64,000 nt of DNA from Leucoraja ocellata (GCA_036785375.1 JAWMAR010000108.1:2294001-2358000), one strand, 5' to 3'. Positions 25,770-37,980 are shown, counted from the stretch's first letter. Translations and numbers: made by a program. Notes: generated by a model not told the origin, from the letters alone.

Positions 25770-26680
25770 CTTGACAGCACTGGGCCTGTACTCACTGGAG
25801 TTTAGGAGTTTAGAAGAATGAGGGGCGTGAACATCATTGAAACACACAGAAGAGTGAAAGGCTTGGATAGTGTGGATGTGGAGAGGATGTTTCCACTAAT
25901 GAGAGAGAAACTAGGACTAGAGGTCAGCCTCAGAATTAAAGGACCTTTTAGGAAGGAGATGAGGAGGAATTTATTTAGTCAGAAGGTAGTGAATCTGTGG
26001 AATTCTTTGCCAAAGAAGGCTGTGGAGGCCATCAGTGGATATTTTTAAGGCAGAGATAGATAGATTCTTGATTAGTACGGGTGTCAGATGTTATGGGGAG
26101 AAGTCGGGAGAATTGGGTTAGGAGGGAGAGATAGATCAGCCATGATTAAATAGTGGAGTAGACTTAATGGGCCAAATGGCCTAATTCTACTCCTACCACT
26201 TATGACAATAGACAATAGGTGCAGGAGTAGGCCATTCAGCCCTTCGAGCCAACACCTTATAGGTTGCAGGGCCACAGGGGAGATGGATTGATGAGGTAGC
26301 TCTGCTGGGGCTGGCAAGGACTGAAGGCCTGGGTAGAATGGACGTGCGGAGAATGTTTCCAGTAGTGGGAGAGTCCAGGACAGGATGGCACAGCCTCAGA
26401 ATAAAATGATGTGTCTTTTGAAAGGAGATAAGGAGGAATTCCTGTAGCCAGAGGGTGGTGAATCTGTGGAATTCATTGCCACAGACGGCTGCAGAGGCCA
26501 AGACTATTTCTAAAGCAGAGATTGACGTCTTCTTGAACAGTAAATGTATAAAAGATTTCATGGAGAAGGCAGGAAGGAGAATAGGCTTGAGAGGGAAAGA
26601 TAGATCAGCCATGATTGAATGGCAGCGTAGATGGGCCGAATGGCCTAATCCTGCTCCTATGACCTATGAACTTATGATGG
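25770..26680 (+). mobile_element. Cluster of older CR1 3' fragments
   Basis: Two + copies (about 25770-26195 and 26320-26680) with a short - tail piece at 26205-26255. Confidence 0.7.
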
Positions 26681-28073
26681 GCTGAATCTCCTGTCTGTCA
26701 CAATAAGTAGTTGTCGGTGCAGTGCAATGACTTTATATTGAGGCACAAGAAAGGTGTTTTGACGCAAACACCTGCATTGTATCCAAGCTTGGGGAAAACA
26801 ATGCATTTCAGAGAGATTTTCCTTGGAGACTCAGCCTTTATGCGTGGGTGTCTCTTGTCTGTAATCTTGACACCACTGCGTAACACTTGAATAGGAAAGA
26901 CAGGTTCATGATAACTGATGCAAGTTTCATTTATTGCAATATCCAAGAAATTTCCAAATTTGGAATAATATCATACGCAATTTAATTTAGCAGCTATCTC
27001 TCTGCACTAATTTGGCACACTGCCCAAAAGCAGCATGCAGCTATCACCATGGTAACCGGTGTTTCAGACGATCTGCCTGTGCTGGCTGCATTATTTGCAC
27101 TGTGTACATGTGTGCACAGGCTAGGTGTAAAAACGCCAAATTAATTTCTTTACCTTAACATAATGGGAAAATAATTTATTTTTTAAGAAAATTAACTATA
27201 AAAATTCTCTGGGTATGCTGTCTATGAGGCTATTTACAGCTCATGCCTCTCTCCTTGATTTGGTCGTGAACACACCAGTTCCACACTGCTGAGCGTTGCC
27301 TTCTTAGCCAGTAGATGCTTGACAATGGACCATATTAGTGAGAGGCAATCACATAATAGGCCTCTTCACTAAATGAAAGCAGCTTCCCTTCTCAAAACAC
27401 TGCAGCCTTAAAGGGAGTACTAGACTTCACATACATGTGTCTTTGAAGGTGTCTGCCAAAATGAGCAAGCAGGTAATAAATTATGTTCATACGTTCATAA
27501 GTAGAATTAGGCCATTCGGCCCATCAAGTGTACGCTGCCTCTCAATTATGGCTGATCTATCTTTCCCTCTCAACCCCGTTCTCCTGACTTCGCCACATAA
27601 CCCCTGACACCCGTATTAATCAATAATCTGTCAATCTCCCCCTAAAGAATATTAATTGACGACCTCCACAGATTCACAACCCTCTGACTAAAGAAAGTCT
27701 TCCTTATCTCCTTTCTAAAGATACATCCTTTTACTCTGAGGCTATGGCCTCTGGTCCTGGCGTCTCCTACTAGTGGAAACATCAGTGGGAGAAACAGCAA
27801 CACAAAGTATACGAATACTGGCTTTGTAGCCACAATCATGGGGGAATTGTAACATTTGTCAGTATATGGGACTAGATGCAGATGGAAAATAGCGGAGATG
27901 AAAGTGCTAAATGGGGGTGGGGGGGATGCTTAATGTTTCATGAAGCCAGGTGCATCTTATTGACCTCCCAATTATATGGAGGTGGGACAAGAGTTGGGCG
28001 CTGTTATGGGTCGGGATGGCACAGCTCACCCACATGAAAGAAATGTGTCAGAATAATGAGATGTCTGATTTAA

Positions 28074-28680
28074 CATTGTATTGTATTGTATTGTATATCT
28101 TTATTGTCATTTCCTGAGTACTCACATACCCAGAGGAAACAAAAAAACGTTGCTCAACCAGTGTCCATTCAGTGTGCATTAAAAATAAATAGAAATAAAA
28201 ATACATATATCATGAACAAATTTAACACTCTACTAAACATTCAACAGGCGTTCCGATCGGCAGCGGCACGACAGTGGCTCTGCTGCAGTGTGTCCAGGTT
28301 GGTGGTTGGTGTGCGATACTTTGGCAGGGGGCAAAGTCCGTTTAGCAGTCTTATAGCCTGCGGGAAGAAGCTGAGGAGCATCCTGCTGGTTTTGCAGCTA
28401 ATGCTCCTGTACCTCTTCCCAGATGGCAGGATGGAGAATATGTGATGCGATGGGTGGTAGGGGTCTTTGATGATGGAGATGGCTCTGCTGATACATCTCT
28501 TCCTGTATATGTCCAGCAGGAAAGGGAGTGGAGCACCAATAATCCTGCTGGCGGTCTTCACAATCCTGTCTAGTTGGTGCCGTTCGTACGCCTTGCAGCT
28601 CCCGAACCAGGAAGTGGTGCCGTAGGTCAATGTGCTCTCGATTGTCCCCCTATAAAAAGTCCGTAGGTGTGGTACAAGCA
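28074..28680 (-). mobile_element. Rex1/Babar LINE 3' fragment
   Basis: FYRGTIESTLTYGTTSWFG...LPSGKRYRSI...SFFPQAIRLLN; (CAATA)n tail. Confidence 0.88.
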
Positions 28681-29070
28681 TATAGGTGTTCCTGCAAATG
28701 GTGAGCTAACCCCAGGCCTCTGCAATCTGGGGACTAAAGTAGGACAGCTTCATCTTCAGGAAGAAGGTAGAGCACCTTGTCTAACCCGGCAGAATAAGAG
28801 AGCTTCACACTGCACCAAACTGTTCCAGCAATCCACACTCTGCTAGCTACAGAATGATGGACGGGCTCCCCTCTCGTCATTGAATTAGGGTTGGAGAATG
28901 GAATCACCACAAATTTGAGACCTGCAGCTCCTTCTCATCCCTTGAGCATGTGGATTGGACAAGCCTGCACTGAAGTGGTTGCCTGGAAGCTAAAACTCTA
29001 AATTAGACCATCAGGGCTGAAACATCCCCATGCACAGTCTAAAGTCCCAGGACATGCAGGCCACCCAAGA

Positions 29071-29895
29071 CATAGAAACATAGAAACATAGAAAATAGGT
29101 GTAGGAGTAGGCCATTCGGCCCTTCGAGCCTGCACCGCCATTCAATATGATCATGGCTGATCATCCAACTCAGTATCTTGTACCTGCCTTCTCTCGATAC
29201 CCCCTGATCCCTTTAGCCACAAGGGCCACATCTAACTCCCTCTTAAATATAGCCAATGAACTGGCCTCAACTACCTTCTGTGGCAGAGAATTCCAGAGAT
29301 TCACCACTCTCTGTGTGAAAATATTTTTTCTCATCTCAGTCCTAAAGGATTTCCCCTCTATCCTTAAGCTGTGACCCCTTGTCCTGGACTTCCCCAACAT
29401 CGGGAGCAATCTTCCTGCATCTAGTCTGTCCAACCCCTTAAGAATGTTGTAAGTTTCCATAAGATCCCCCCCCAATCTCCTAAATTCTAGCGAGTACAAA
29501 CCGAGTCTATCCAGTCTTTCTTCATATGAAAGTCCTGACATCCCAGGAATCAGTCTGGTGAACCTTCTCTGCACTCCCTCTATGGCAATAATGTCCTTCC
29601 TCAGATTTGGAAACCAAAACTGTACGCAATAATCCAGGTGTGATCTCGCCAAGACCCTGTACTACTGCAGTAGTGCCTCCCTGCTCCTATACTCAAATCC
29701 TTTTGCTATGAATGCTAACATACCATTTGCTTTCTTCACTGCTTGCTGCACCTGCATGCCTACTTTCAATGACTGGTGTACCATGACAACCAGGTCTCGT
29801 TGCATCTCCCCTTTTCCTAATCGGCCACCATTTAGATAATAGTCTGCTTTCCTGTTTTTGCCACCAAAGTGGATAACCTCACATTTATCCACATC
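29071..29895 (-). mobile_element. Young CR1 3' fragment
   Basis: ORF2 remnants DKCEVIHFG...AGTRY; TTCTATGT tail. Confidence 0.9.
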
Positions 29896-30606
29896 TTGGT
29901 TTACTTTCTGAAACTTTTCTCACCGACCACAACCCATTGTTAATCCAGGTGATATAGTACATTAACATAGGAGCCAGTGACTGCAACAGCTGTTTTAAAA
30001 CACCCGTTTTTACAGCATGCCTATCCATCAGGATTTGAGCTGCAGCATTGAGGCCATTTCTAAGCACCACAGTGCAGGAGGAATGATGCCCATAGACTGA
30101 GCGCAGAGAAGATCCACTGAAATAGCAACGTCTGAAAGATTTCTATTGAAACAGGGGGGAAGCTAGGAATATTCTCTGTCAAGCTGAGGCTTTTTATAAT
30201 ACAAGAAATCTAGAGGAAGAATGAGGCAGAGTACAACCTTAAATGAAGTGATTGTAAGATTGGTAGAAGTACAATCAATCATAAGTACCGGCTTTAATTT
30301 GACTTTAATTGACTTTATCTTGCACTAAACGTTATTCCCTTTATCCTGTATCTGTAAACTGTGAACAGTTTGATTGTAATCAAGTATAGAATTTCCACTG
30401 AATGGTTAGCACGCAACATAAAGTTTTTCACTGCACCTCGAAACAATAAACGAAAGTAAGCTAAACTAAAGGATAAAAAATATTCAAAATGTTACTATTT
30501 TTTTCCCTAAAACACATTTTTAGAGCGGGAAACCGTGGGCCAACAGAATCTACGTTAGTGTTCCAAGAGATGGAGAACATACATAAGCAAAACACACAAT
30601 GCTGGA

Positions 30607-30796
30607 CAGGGCTGGATTTAGATGAATAGAGGCCCTAGGCTATTCCACTTGTTAGGCCCCTCACAATCCCCAATGCAAGGCCCCTCCCAATCAGCCTATG
30701 AAGCCTATAGATAAATCCGGCCCTGCCGAGGCCACCCCCCTAGATCTCGAGGCCCTCAGCTTAAGCTTGTGAAGCTTATACGTAAATCCGGCCCTG
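30607..30796. mobile_element. hAT-type MITE inside a Penelope-derived unit
   Basis: TIR CAGGGCTGGATTTA / TAAATCCGGCCCTG; 8-bp TSD ATGCTGGA (30599-606) / ATACTGGA (30797-804). Confidence 0.8.
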
Positions 30797-30938
30797 ATAC
30801 TGGAGGAACTCAGCGTGTCAGGCAGCATCTGGGGAGGGAATGGAGGGGTGATATTTCAGGTTGGGACTCTTCATCAGGAAATACTTGCACGTTCTGCTGT
30901 ACTTATAGTTAAACATATCTCTTGTATCTCTGCACCAG

Positions 30939-30972
30939 GAATCTTCACAGTCCTGGTATTTATACTAAACAG
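30939..30972 (+). CDS. Candidate 34-nt internal exon of an unidentified host gene
   Basis: Pyrimidine-rich acceptor tctcttgtatctctgcaccag, consensus donor CAG|GTAAGT, non-repetitive sequence. Confidence 0.45.
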
Positions 30973-31142
30973 GTAAGTTATGAGGGACCCCTTGGTCTAG
31001 TAAATCAATAAATGCTTTGCGCCAATGCTAAGTTTTCATCAGGAAATCAGTTTGAGCCTGGTGTAATATGTCACAGAATATAAAACCTCTCTTTAATATT
31101 GTAAATTTCCATAATGTTTAATCTGTTGTTCTGTTTTCTGAG

Positions 31143-31239
31143 GTATCCGTGTATGATCCTGCTGATGATCATTACCAGACCATTGCTCCAGATGCATTTA
31201 ACACCATCTACATCAGCCCAAGGAACTATGGTCATCCAG
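31143..31239 (+). CDS. Candidate 97-nt internal exon
   Basis: Acceptor ctgttgttctgttttctgag, donor CAG|GTACAG; joins the upstream exon in an open frame: NLHSPGIYTKQ|VSVYDPADDHYQTIAPDAFNTIYISPRNYGHP. Confidence 0.5.
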
Positions 31240-31817
31240 GTACAGTATTTAAAGTCCTGTCACACAACATGACTATAATTTTATGTCAAAGCTCAATTAA
31301 TTGGGTTGTTTCAAACTAGATATCATTTTTAATATCTTGATCTTATCAAGTTCTTTGCCTCGACCATGCAAAACCTTGTGGTGTTAGAATCATACAGCAC
31401 AGAAACAGGCCCTTTGGCCCAACTTGCACATGCCAACCAAGATGCCCCAGCTACACTTGTCCAACCTTCCTGTGTTTGGCCCATCCTAACCATGTACCTG
31501 TCCAAAAGCCTTTTTGAGGCAGCGACTCCTGTAGATCCTCCCTTCGATGGTGGGGATATCAGTACCCGTGGTGGTCTGGGCTGTGTACGACACTTTTTGC
31601 AATCTTCTTCATTCCTAGGCGTTTAAGTTGCCAAATTCTAAAGGCATCTCTTTATACTGGAAGATCAACAGGTTCTGGGCAGCCTAAAATGTGTCTTTCA
31701 CCCAGTTGATGATCTTCCAGCAGCACTTGATGTTTGTCCAGTGATGCATCCCTGGGAACAGTCCATAGATCAGGGAACCCTCTGTTATGCAGCAGCTCGG
31801 TGTAAACCTCGACAAGG

Positions 31818-31910
31818 ATGGCATGGTGGCGCAGCGGTAGAGTTGCAACCAAACAGCGCCAGACACGAGTTTGATCCTGACTACGGGTGGTCTTTGTACG
31901 GAATTCGTAT
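31818..31910 (+). mobile_element. HE1-like SINE 5' part
   Basis: tRNA-like head, interrupted by the following element. Confidence 0.7.
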
Positions 31911-31915
31911 ATATC

Positions 31916-32390
31916 CTACCTGCCAACTGGTCCGATTTTATTGTATTTGTTCCAACTTTTTCAGTTAAAAAAGTGTGGGGGGAAGGGGACTCCATTCAGC
32001 GACCACCGGCCGCGGGACCACACAGCAGTACCGACTCCACGCAGCGACTTTCCCGACCACACAGCGGCTTTCCCGACTTCACATAGCGGCTTTACTGACT
32101 CCACTCTTGCGGACTCAATCAGCACGGCTTGTTTACTCAGCCCCGCCTCCGGGGTTTTATTCTCCAGCAGGTGCCAGAATGGGCATTATCTTTATGGTGA
32201 ACGGCAGGCGAGAAGACCAATCTGCTGATCTCACGATTTTTTAAACCTTCATAACTTTTCTCATATTTCATTGATCGGAACAAAACTTGGTGGCTTGGAG
32301 CGGGGGAGAACGGTGATTAATGTGGCAAAAAAACCCTAGCGATATATGGTATCGTTTTTGCGCACATTTAATTACAACGCAGTGGTCAAG
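31916..32390. mobile_element. Probable non-autonomous DNA element truncated by the gap
   Basis: Starts CCTACCTGCCAAC (hAT-like terminus); internal acagcggctttcccgac repeats; 32205-32365 is an inverted homolog of about 34330-34500. Confidence 0.45.
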
Positions 32391-32553
32391 NNNNNNNNNN
32401 NNNNNNNNNNNNNNNNNNNNNNNNNNNNNNNNNNNNNNNNNNNNNNNNNNNNNNNNNNNNNNNNNNNNNNNNNNNNNNNNNNNNNNNNNNNNNNNNNNNN
32501 NNNNNNNNNNNNNNNNNNNNNNNNNNNNNNNNNNNNNNNNNNNNNNNNNNNNN
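32391..32553. other. Assembly gap (N run)
   Basis: Seen directly. Confidence 1.
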
Positions 32554-33436
32554 CAAGGAAAAGCTATGTTTTGCCTGCTATCCAGTCAGATCTCTTCAAA
32601 TTTGTCAGGTAGAGGAATTCCCATTAAGAAATCCATTCATGCTAGTAACAGTGCTGGAAAAAATATTGAACAATTTACACAAAAAATTATAAAACCTTAC
32701 ATTCAGGGGGGGGAAAGAGATAAATGTGGTTTACACATATTTCAAATATGACTCTTCACTTTCAATATACTTTGCATCACTTAGCAATCTTGGATATCCA
32801 TTTTGCTTAGGCATTGGACCATCTGCCAATTCTTGAGTGGCTAAGGAAGGTATAAGCCTCCTCAGGGCCCAGAGGGGTGATTTATGAGTGAAGCCAGGGG
32901 GATATGTGTGAGATCCTAAATAAATGTTTCTCGTCAGTACGCACCAGGGAGAGGAACATGGATAGGACAGGTTTGGAGGGATATGGACCAAATGCAAGCA
33001 GGTGGGACTAGTGTAGCTGGGACATGTTGGTTGGTGTGGGCAAGTTGGGCCTTGCCTTGCTTCTCTTGTTCGTGCCACCATAAAACTTGGATAGGAAAGG
33101 CACAGAAGAAAACGGTTCCAATGCAGGCAAATGGGATTATTGCAGATTGGCACCGTGGTTGGCATGGACTAAGTGGGCCATTTCTGTGCTGGACAATATT
33201 ATGAACAACAGATTGGGACGAGAGAACACAAGGATGCTGAAATTAATATTCAAACAAGATATCTACTGAACCGGGAAAGGCCAATCCAATGCTGCCCGTC
33301 TTATTTATTGGGTAATGGTGGGGTGCAAAGGCGACGCATGCAGTTCAAAAGGAGAAAACCTCATACTCAAATACCACCTACAGAATGAATATTTCTATAA
33401 GAAATTCTGGGCTAACAACTATATCAGGATGTACAA

Positions 33437-33925
33437 GTGGTGGCAGAGTGGCGCAGCAGGAAAGTTGCTGCCTTACAGCGCCAGAGACTGGGTTCGATCC
33501 TGACTACGGGTACTGTCTGTACAGTGTTTGATCATTCTCCCTGTGACCGCACGTGCTCCTGTTTCTTCCCATATTCCAAAGATGTGCAAATTTGTAGGTT
33601 GACAAAAAATGCTGGAGTAACTCAGCGGGACAGGCATGACAAGCATCTCTGGAGAGAAGGAATGGGTGACGTTTAGGGTCCTGACCCATTCCTTCTCTCC
33701 AGAGATGCTGCCTGTCCCGCTGAGTTACTCCAGCACTTTGTCTCTATCTTCAGAGTAAACCAGCATCTGCAGTACCTTCCCACACATTAAGTCTGTTGGT
33801 CAATTAACTTCTGTAAATTGCCCCCGGTGTGTAGGATAGGACTAGTGTAAGGGATCATGGCTGGTCGGCATGGACTCGGTGGGCCAAAGGACCTGTTTCT
33901 ACATTATATCTCTGAACTGAACTAA
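33437..33925 (+). mobile_element. HE1-like SINE containing a palindromic Penelope-derived unit (33601-33786)
   Basis: Near-perfect inverted arms tgctggagtaactcagcgggacaggca / tgcctgtcccgctgagttactccagca. Confidence 0.8.
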
Positions 33926-34265
33926 ATGAGACGAATTGTAAGCAATGTACGCATGTTATAATTATACGTCTATAAACCACATGCCATCTTTTACAGGGTC
34001 GAGGATAACCCGTTTGAGGATCCATCAGGATCCCAGTTGCAACACAGGAGAACAAATTGCACTGGGGATGCTTGTTGGGGCCGTTACAAGCTCTTTGCTG
34101 AGATCACTCATGTGGGCACCGTGCTGGTTCTAAAACAATGTTACTGTCAAGGCAAGAAACTGTGCATTGCTGCATAAACACAGAGCACTTTGGTTATACG
34201 AACACTTTGCTGTTGGCATCATTAGAAATGAAATAATTAGGCAGCAAATTGGTTTCAAACCTAAA

Positions 34266-35337
34266 TCTATCTTCTATACATAACTAAAACTCTGATCTTA
34301 CTCTATCTTCTGGTTTGGCGGTCTTTCTATTTGAGCACAAACGGTTTGCGATAGCGCTATGATTTTTCACCAGTTCACTCACCGTTCTCCTATGCTGCGA
34401 GTGCACCAAGTTGTGTTCCGATCGGTTGAATGTCGTAAAAGTTAGCGAGGTTTCAAAATCTTAAAAACCGTACGTGCGCAGATCGATCTCTTCTCCTGCC
34501 AGTCAGCGTCACGCGGATTAGTCTCTACCCCTGTCACTCCCTGGGACAGTCCGCCCCATCGCGTCTTTACTGGAGTTGAGGTTGGCCAGCGGAGGTTTCC
34601 ACAATTTTCGGAGGGACCCGAAGCAGTCCAGCCCAGCCCCAAGCAGCCCAGCCCCAAGCAGCACAGCCCCAAAGCAGCCCGGCCCCAAGCAGCCCGGCTC
34701 CAAGCAGCCCGGCCCCAAGCAGCACGGCCCCAAGCAGCACGGCCCCAAGCAGCCCAGCCCCAAGCAGCCTGGCATCAGAAACCCAACCCAGGCCAGCCCA
34801 GCGTGGGAGACCCAGCCCAGCCCTGTCAGAGACCAAGCCCAGCCCTGAATCGGTGACCCAACCCAGCCCAGAGTCGATGTCGCCAAATGGAAAGTGAAGA
34901 CTCTGATCCCGGCGGAGGAGAACGACCAACGCCTGCTGTGAGTCCCCATCGCACTGCCAATTCGAGCCACTACCCCTCTGGTCCCCCTTCGCTGGTTCCG
35001 CCCCCCCTCCCCCGTGATGCCCCCCTCTCCCCCATGGCTCTTCCCCCATCTTTTCTCCGAGCTCACTCCCCCCCAACACACCCCTCTCCCCCTACAGCTA
35101 CCCACCCCCCCCCCCCCTCCGCTCACACACCCCTCTCCCCAACACAACCCCTCCACCCACACACCCCTCCATCCCACAAGCCACCCCTGCCCACACCCCC
35201 CCCCCCCCCCCCGCCCACACACACACACACACACACACACCCCCGCTCACACACACACTCACACATTGTGGATAGGGTTGCGTTGGGAGACCAGGCCTCC
35301 CTTGTGACTGGGACCCAACCAGTCCCACTTAGTCAAG
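34266..35337 (+). mobile_element. Non-autonomous Helitron
   Basis: Inserted between A and T with no TSD; 5' TCTAT...ACTAAAA; 3' hairpin TGGGAC..GTCCCA at 35309-35326 followed by CAAG (CTAG variant); internal minisatellite and CA repeat. Confidence 0.75.
34620..34770. repeat. 15-bp minisatellite (ccccaagcagcccgg)n inside the Helitron
   Basis: About 9 contiguous units, no spacers. Confidence 0.9.
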
Positions 35338-35953
35338 TAACAACTAAATTTGATCCACAATAGGAAACGCTATTTTTACTGATTAGAACAGCACATGCGA
35401 CTGGTAATTTTTCTTTTACACTACACACAAAATCAACTTCATCCCCTTCTCCTAAACCAAGACATTTTTCTTGAGATACTTTGTGTCACATTATGTAAAA
35501 TTGTTTTACCAATGTATTTCAAACCTTCTTAGTTTGTGAAGGCTGTGGCCTAACCAACTTCTGACTAAGAAACTTAATGATTTCTTCCAGCATTTGAGCC
35601 TGACACTGAGGAGCTTGGGAATTTTCACTTGGATGTTCCTGTTACTAAGCCTGTGTGATCTCTGCCTAGCAATTCTCCATATTGGGATGGCTGAGTTTGG
35701 TAATTCAGCATTGTGAGTGGCCACAGATATAAATGTTTGACTCTCATCCAGAGTTACATCATTACTTACTGAGCTCCCTTTGGAACGCGTCCAGCTTTGA
35801 ACGTACAGCACTCAGGCTTTGTTTTGCTTGTTCCACACAAGAGTTGAATCATAACGGTTTGGACATAAACCAGATGTCCACCAGTACAGATGTAAACCCA
35901 GTAAGACAAGTTGGACATTCAAACGTAGGGAATTACTTGAATTTGTCCCAATA

Positions 35954-36460
35954 GTTCAAGTTCAAGTTCAAGTGAGTTTATTGTCATGTGTCCCTGATAG
36001 GACAATGAAATTCTTGCTTTGCTTCAGCACACAGAACATAGTAGGCATTTACTACAAAACAGATCAGTGTGTCCATATACCATTGTATAAATACACACAC
36101 ACATGAATCAATAGACTGTTAAAGTGCGCAAAACAGATAATGGGTTATTAATGATCAGAGTTTTGTCCGAGCCAGGTTTAATAGCCTGATGGCTGTGGGG
36201 AAGTAGCTATTCCTGAACCTGGTTGTTGCAGTCTTCAGGCTCCTGTAGCGTCTACCTGAAGGTAGCAGGGAGATGAGTGTGTGGCCAGGATGGTTTGGGT
36301 CCTTGATGATACTGCCAGCCTTTTTAAGGCAGCGACTGCGATAAATCCCCTCGATGGAAGGAAGGTCAGAGCCGATGATGGACTGGGCAGTGTTTACTAC
36401 TTTTTGTAATCTCTTCCTCTCCAGGGCGCTCAAGTTGCCGAACCAAGCCACGATGCAACC
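35954..36460 (-). mobile_element. Rex1/Babar LINE 3' fragment
   Basis: AWFGNLSALERKRLQKVV...LPSGRRYRSL...FPTAIRLLN; (TTGAAC)n tail. Confidence 0.88.
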
Positions 36461-36785
36461 TTTCTTTTAGTTTATGTTCATAAGTTATAGGAGAAGAATG
36501 AGGCCATTTGGCCCATCACGTCTACTCCCCCTTTCAATCGTGACTGATCTATCTTTCCCTCTCAACCCCATTCTCCTGTCTTGATGTAGGAGGGGTGGGG
36601 TTTAAGCCTGCAATATCTCTGGCCTGCTTGCTGATTGCACTCTCCAATCTCCAGAGTTCATCTTGCCCCAGTCGGCACTAGATTTCTAGAACTACACCTC
36701 CTAAGGGTGCTAAGTCATTGACAGAAAAACATGAAGCTTAAAAGTATGATTTTCTTTTGTAGTTCATTGAAATGCTTCTGCATCT

Positions 36786-37320
36786 TTAGTTTAGAGATAC
36801 AATGTGGAAACATGCCCCGCGGCCTAGCGAAACCATGTCGACCAGCGATCCCAGCACAGTAACACTATCCTACACGCACTGGGGACAATTTTACATGTCT
36901 TTGGAGTGTGGATGGAAACTGGAGCTGTTGAGCTTCTGCTGTTGGAATAACCAAAGTCACACGCCGTGATTAAGATCCAAATACTTTATTAACGATACAG
37001 CATAGGTAACTTCATCTTAGCACGTTACTCTAAAAGTGAGAGAGAAAGGGCAGGGAGGCTTTCTGTTAAACTAGTGGGCCTAGCTACAAAGTATGACTCA
37101 TGACATGAGTCACTGATCTACAGAGCACCCAGAGAAAACCCACGCAGGTCACGGGGAGAATGTGCAGACTCCATACAGACAAGAGTCAAGAGTCAAGAGA
37201 GTTTTATCATCATGTGTCCCAGATAGGACAGTGAAATTCTTACTTGCTGAGCACCTGTAGCCAGGATTGAACCCGGGTCTCTGGCGCTGTAAGGCAGCAA
37301 CTCTATCGCTGCACCAACAT
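36786..37320 (-). mobile_element. HE1-like SINE carrying a solo LTR and a Rex1-type tail insert
   Basis: SINE sequence is contiguous once 36926-37122 and about 37181-37248 are removed. Confidence 0.75.
36926..37122 (-). mobile_element. Solo LTR (Gypsy-like), 197 bp
   Basis: TG...CA termini, 4-bp TSD GAGC (36922-25, 37123-26), AATAAA on the minus strand. Confidence 0.8.
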
Positions 37321-37647
37321 GCTGTCCTAAGGAAAGGTCACAGAGTTCTGAATGAAATTCTCCTTCCCTATGCCCTGGGAATCTTGCAGGCAAAATCAAG
37401 GAAAATATTTCCTAATTATTCCAGAACAAGATAGTGACACCTTCCATAATGGAACAATGATGATTTTTTTGTTTTCTTTGGATGATCTACAAACAAGGGA
37501 ATGGTTGAAAATCTCTTTAGAAATATTCATGCAGAATGAGAATTTAGTGAAATCAGTTTAGTGTCAATGTCACATGTTACTAGGCTGGTCTTTAACATTT
37601 ATGTTGGCAAAAATCTATTTCCAAGTTCTTGCAAATTACCCTAATAA

Positions 37648-37980
37648 TGCCCCTGTCCCACTAATGCCCCTGTCCCACTTAGGAAACATGAACGGAAACC
37701 TCCGGAGACTTTGTGCCCCACCCAAGGTTTCCGTGCGTTTCCTGGAGGTTGCAGGTGGTTGCCGGAGGTTGCAGGTAGTTGAAGCAGGTGGGGAGACTGA
37801 CAAAAACCTCCGGGAACTTCCGGGAAATGCATGGGTGGGGCGCAAAGTCTCCAGAGGTTTCTGTTCAGGTTTCCTAAGTGGGACAGGGGCATGAGGAACC
37901 TGAACGGAAACCTCTGGAGACTTTGCGCCCCACCCAAGGTTTCCGTGCGGTTCCCGGAGGTTTTCGTCGGTCTCCCTAAT
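37648..37980. mobile_element. MITE family A nested in the TIR of a related, one-ended copy
   Basis: Inner copy 37665-37891 splits the outer TIR at cac|TTA|gga. Confidence 0.85.

Noticed and set aside
32320-32751. ORFs crossing N runs (also 61638-62071)
   Set aside because: Artefacts of assembly gaps; only the GIY-YIG part of 61669-62259 is meaningful.
34518-35240. Repetitive Gly-rich ORFs, and a CRISPR-like appearance of the repeat
   Set aside because: Translations of a 15-bp minisatellite within a Helitron; no spacers or cas genes, and the DNA is eukaryotic.
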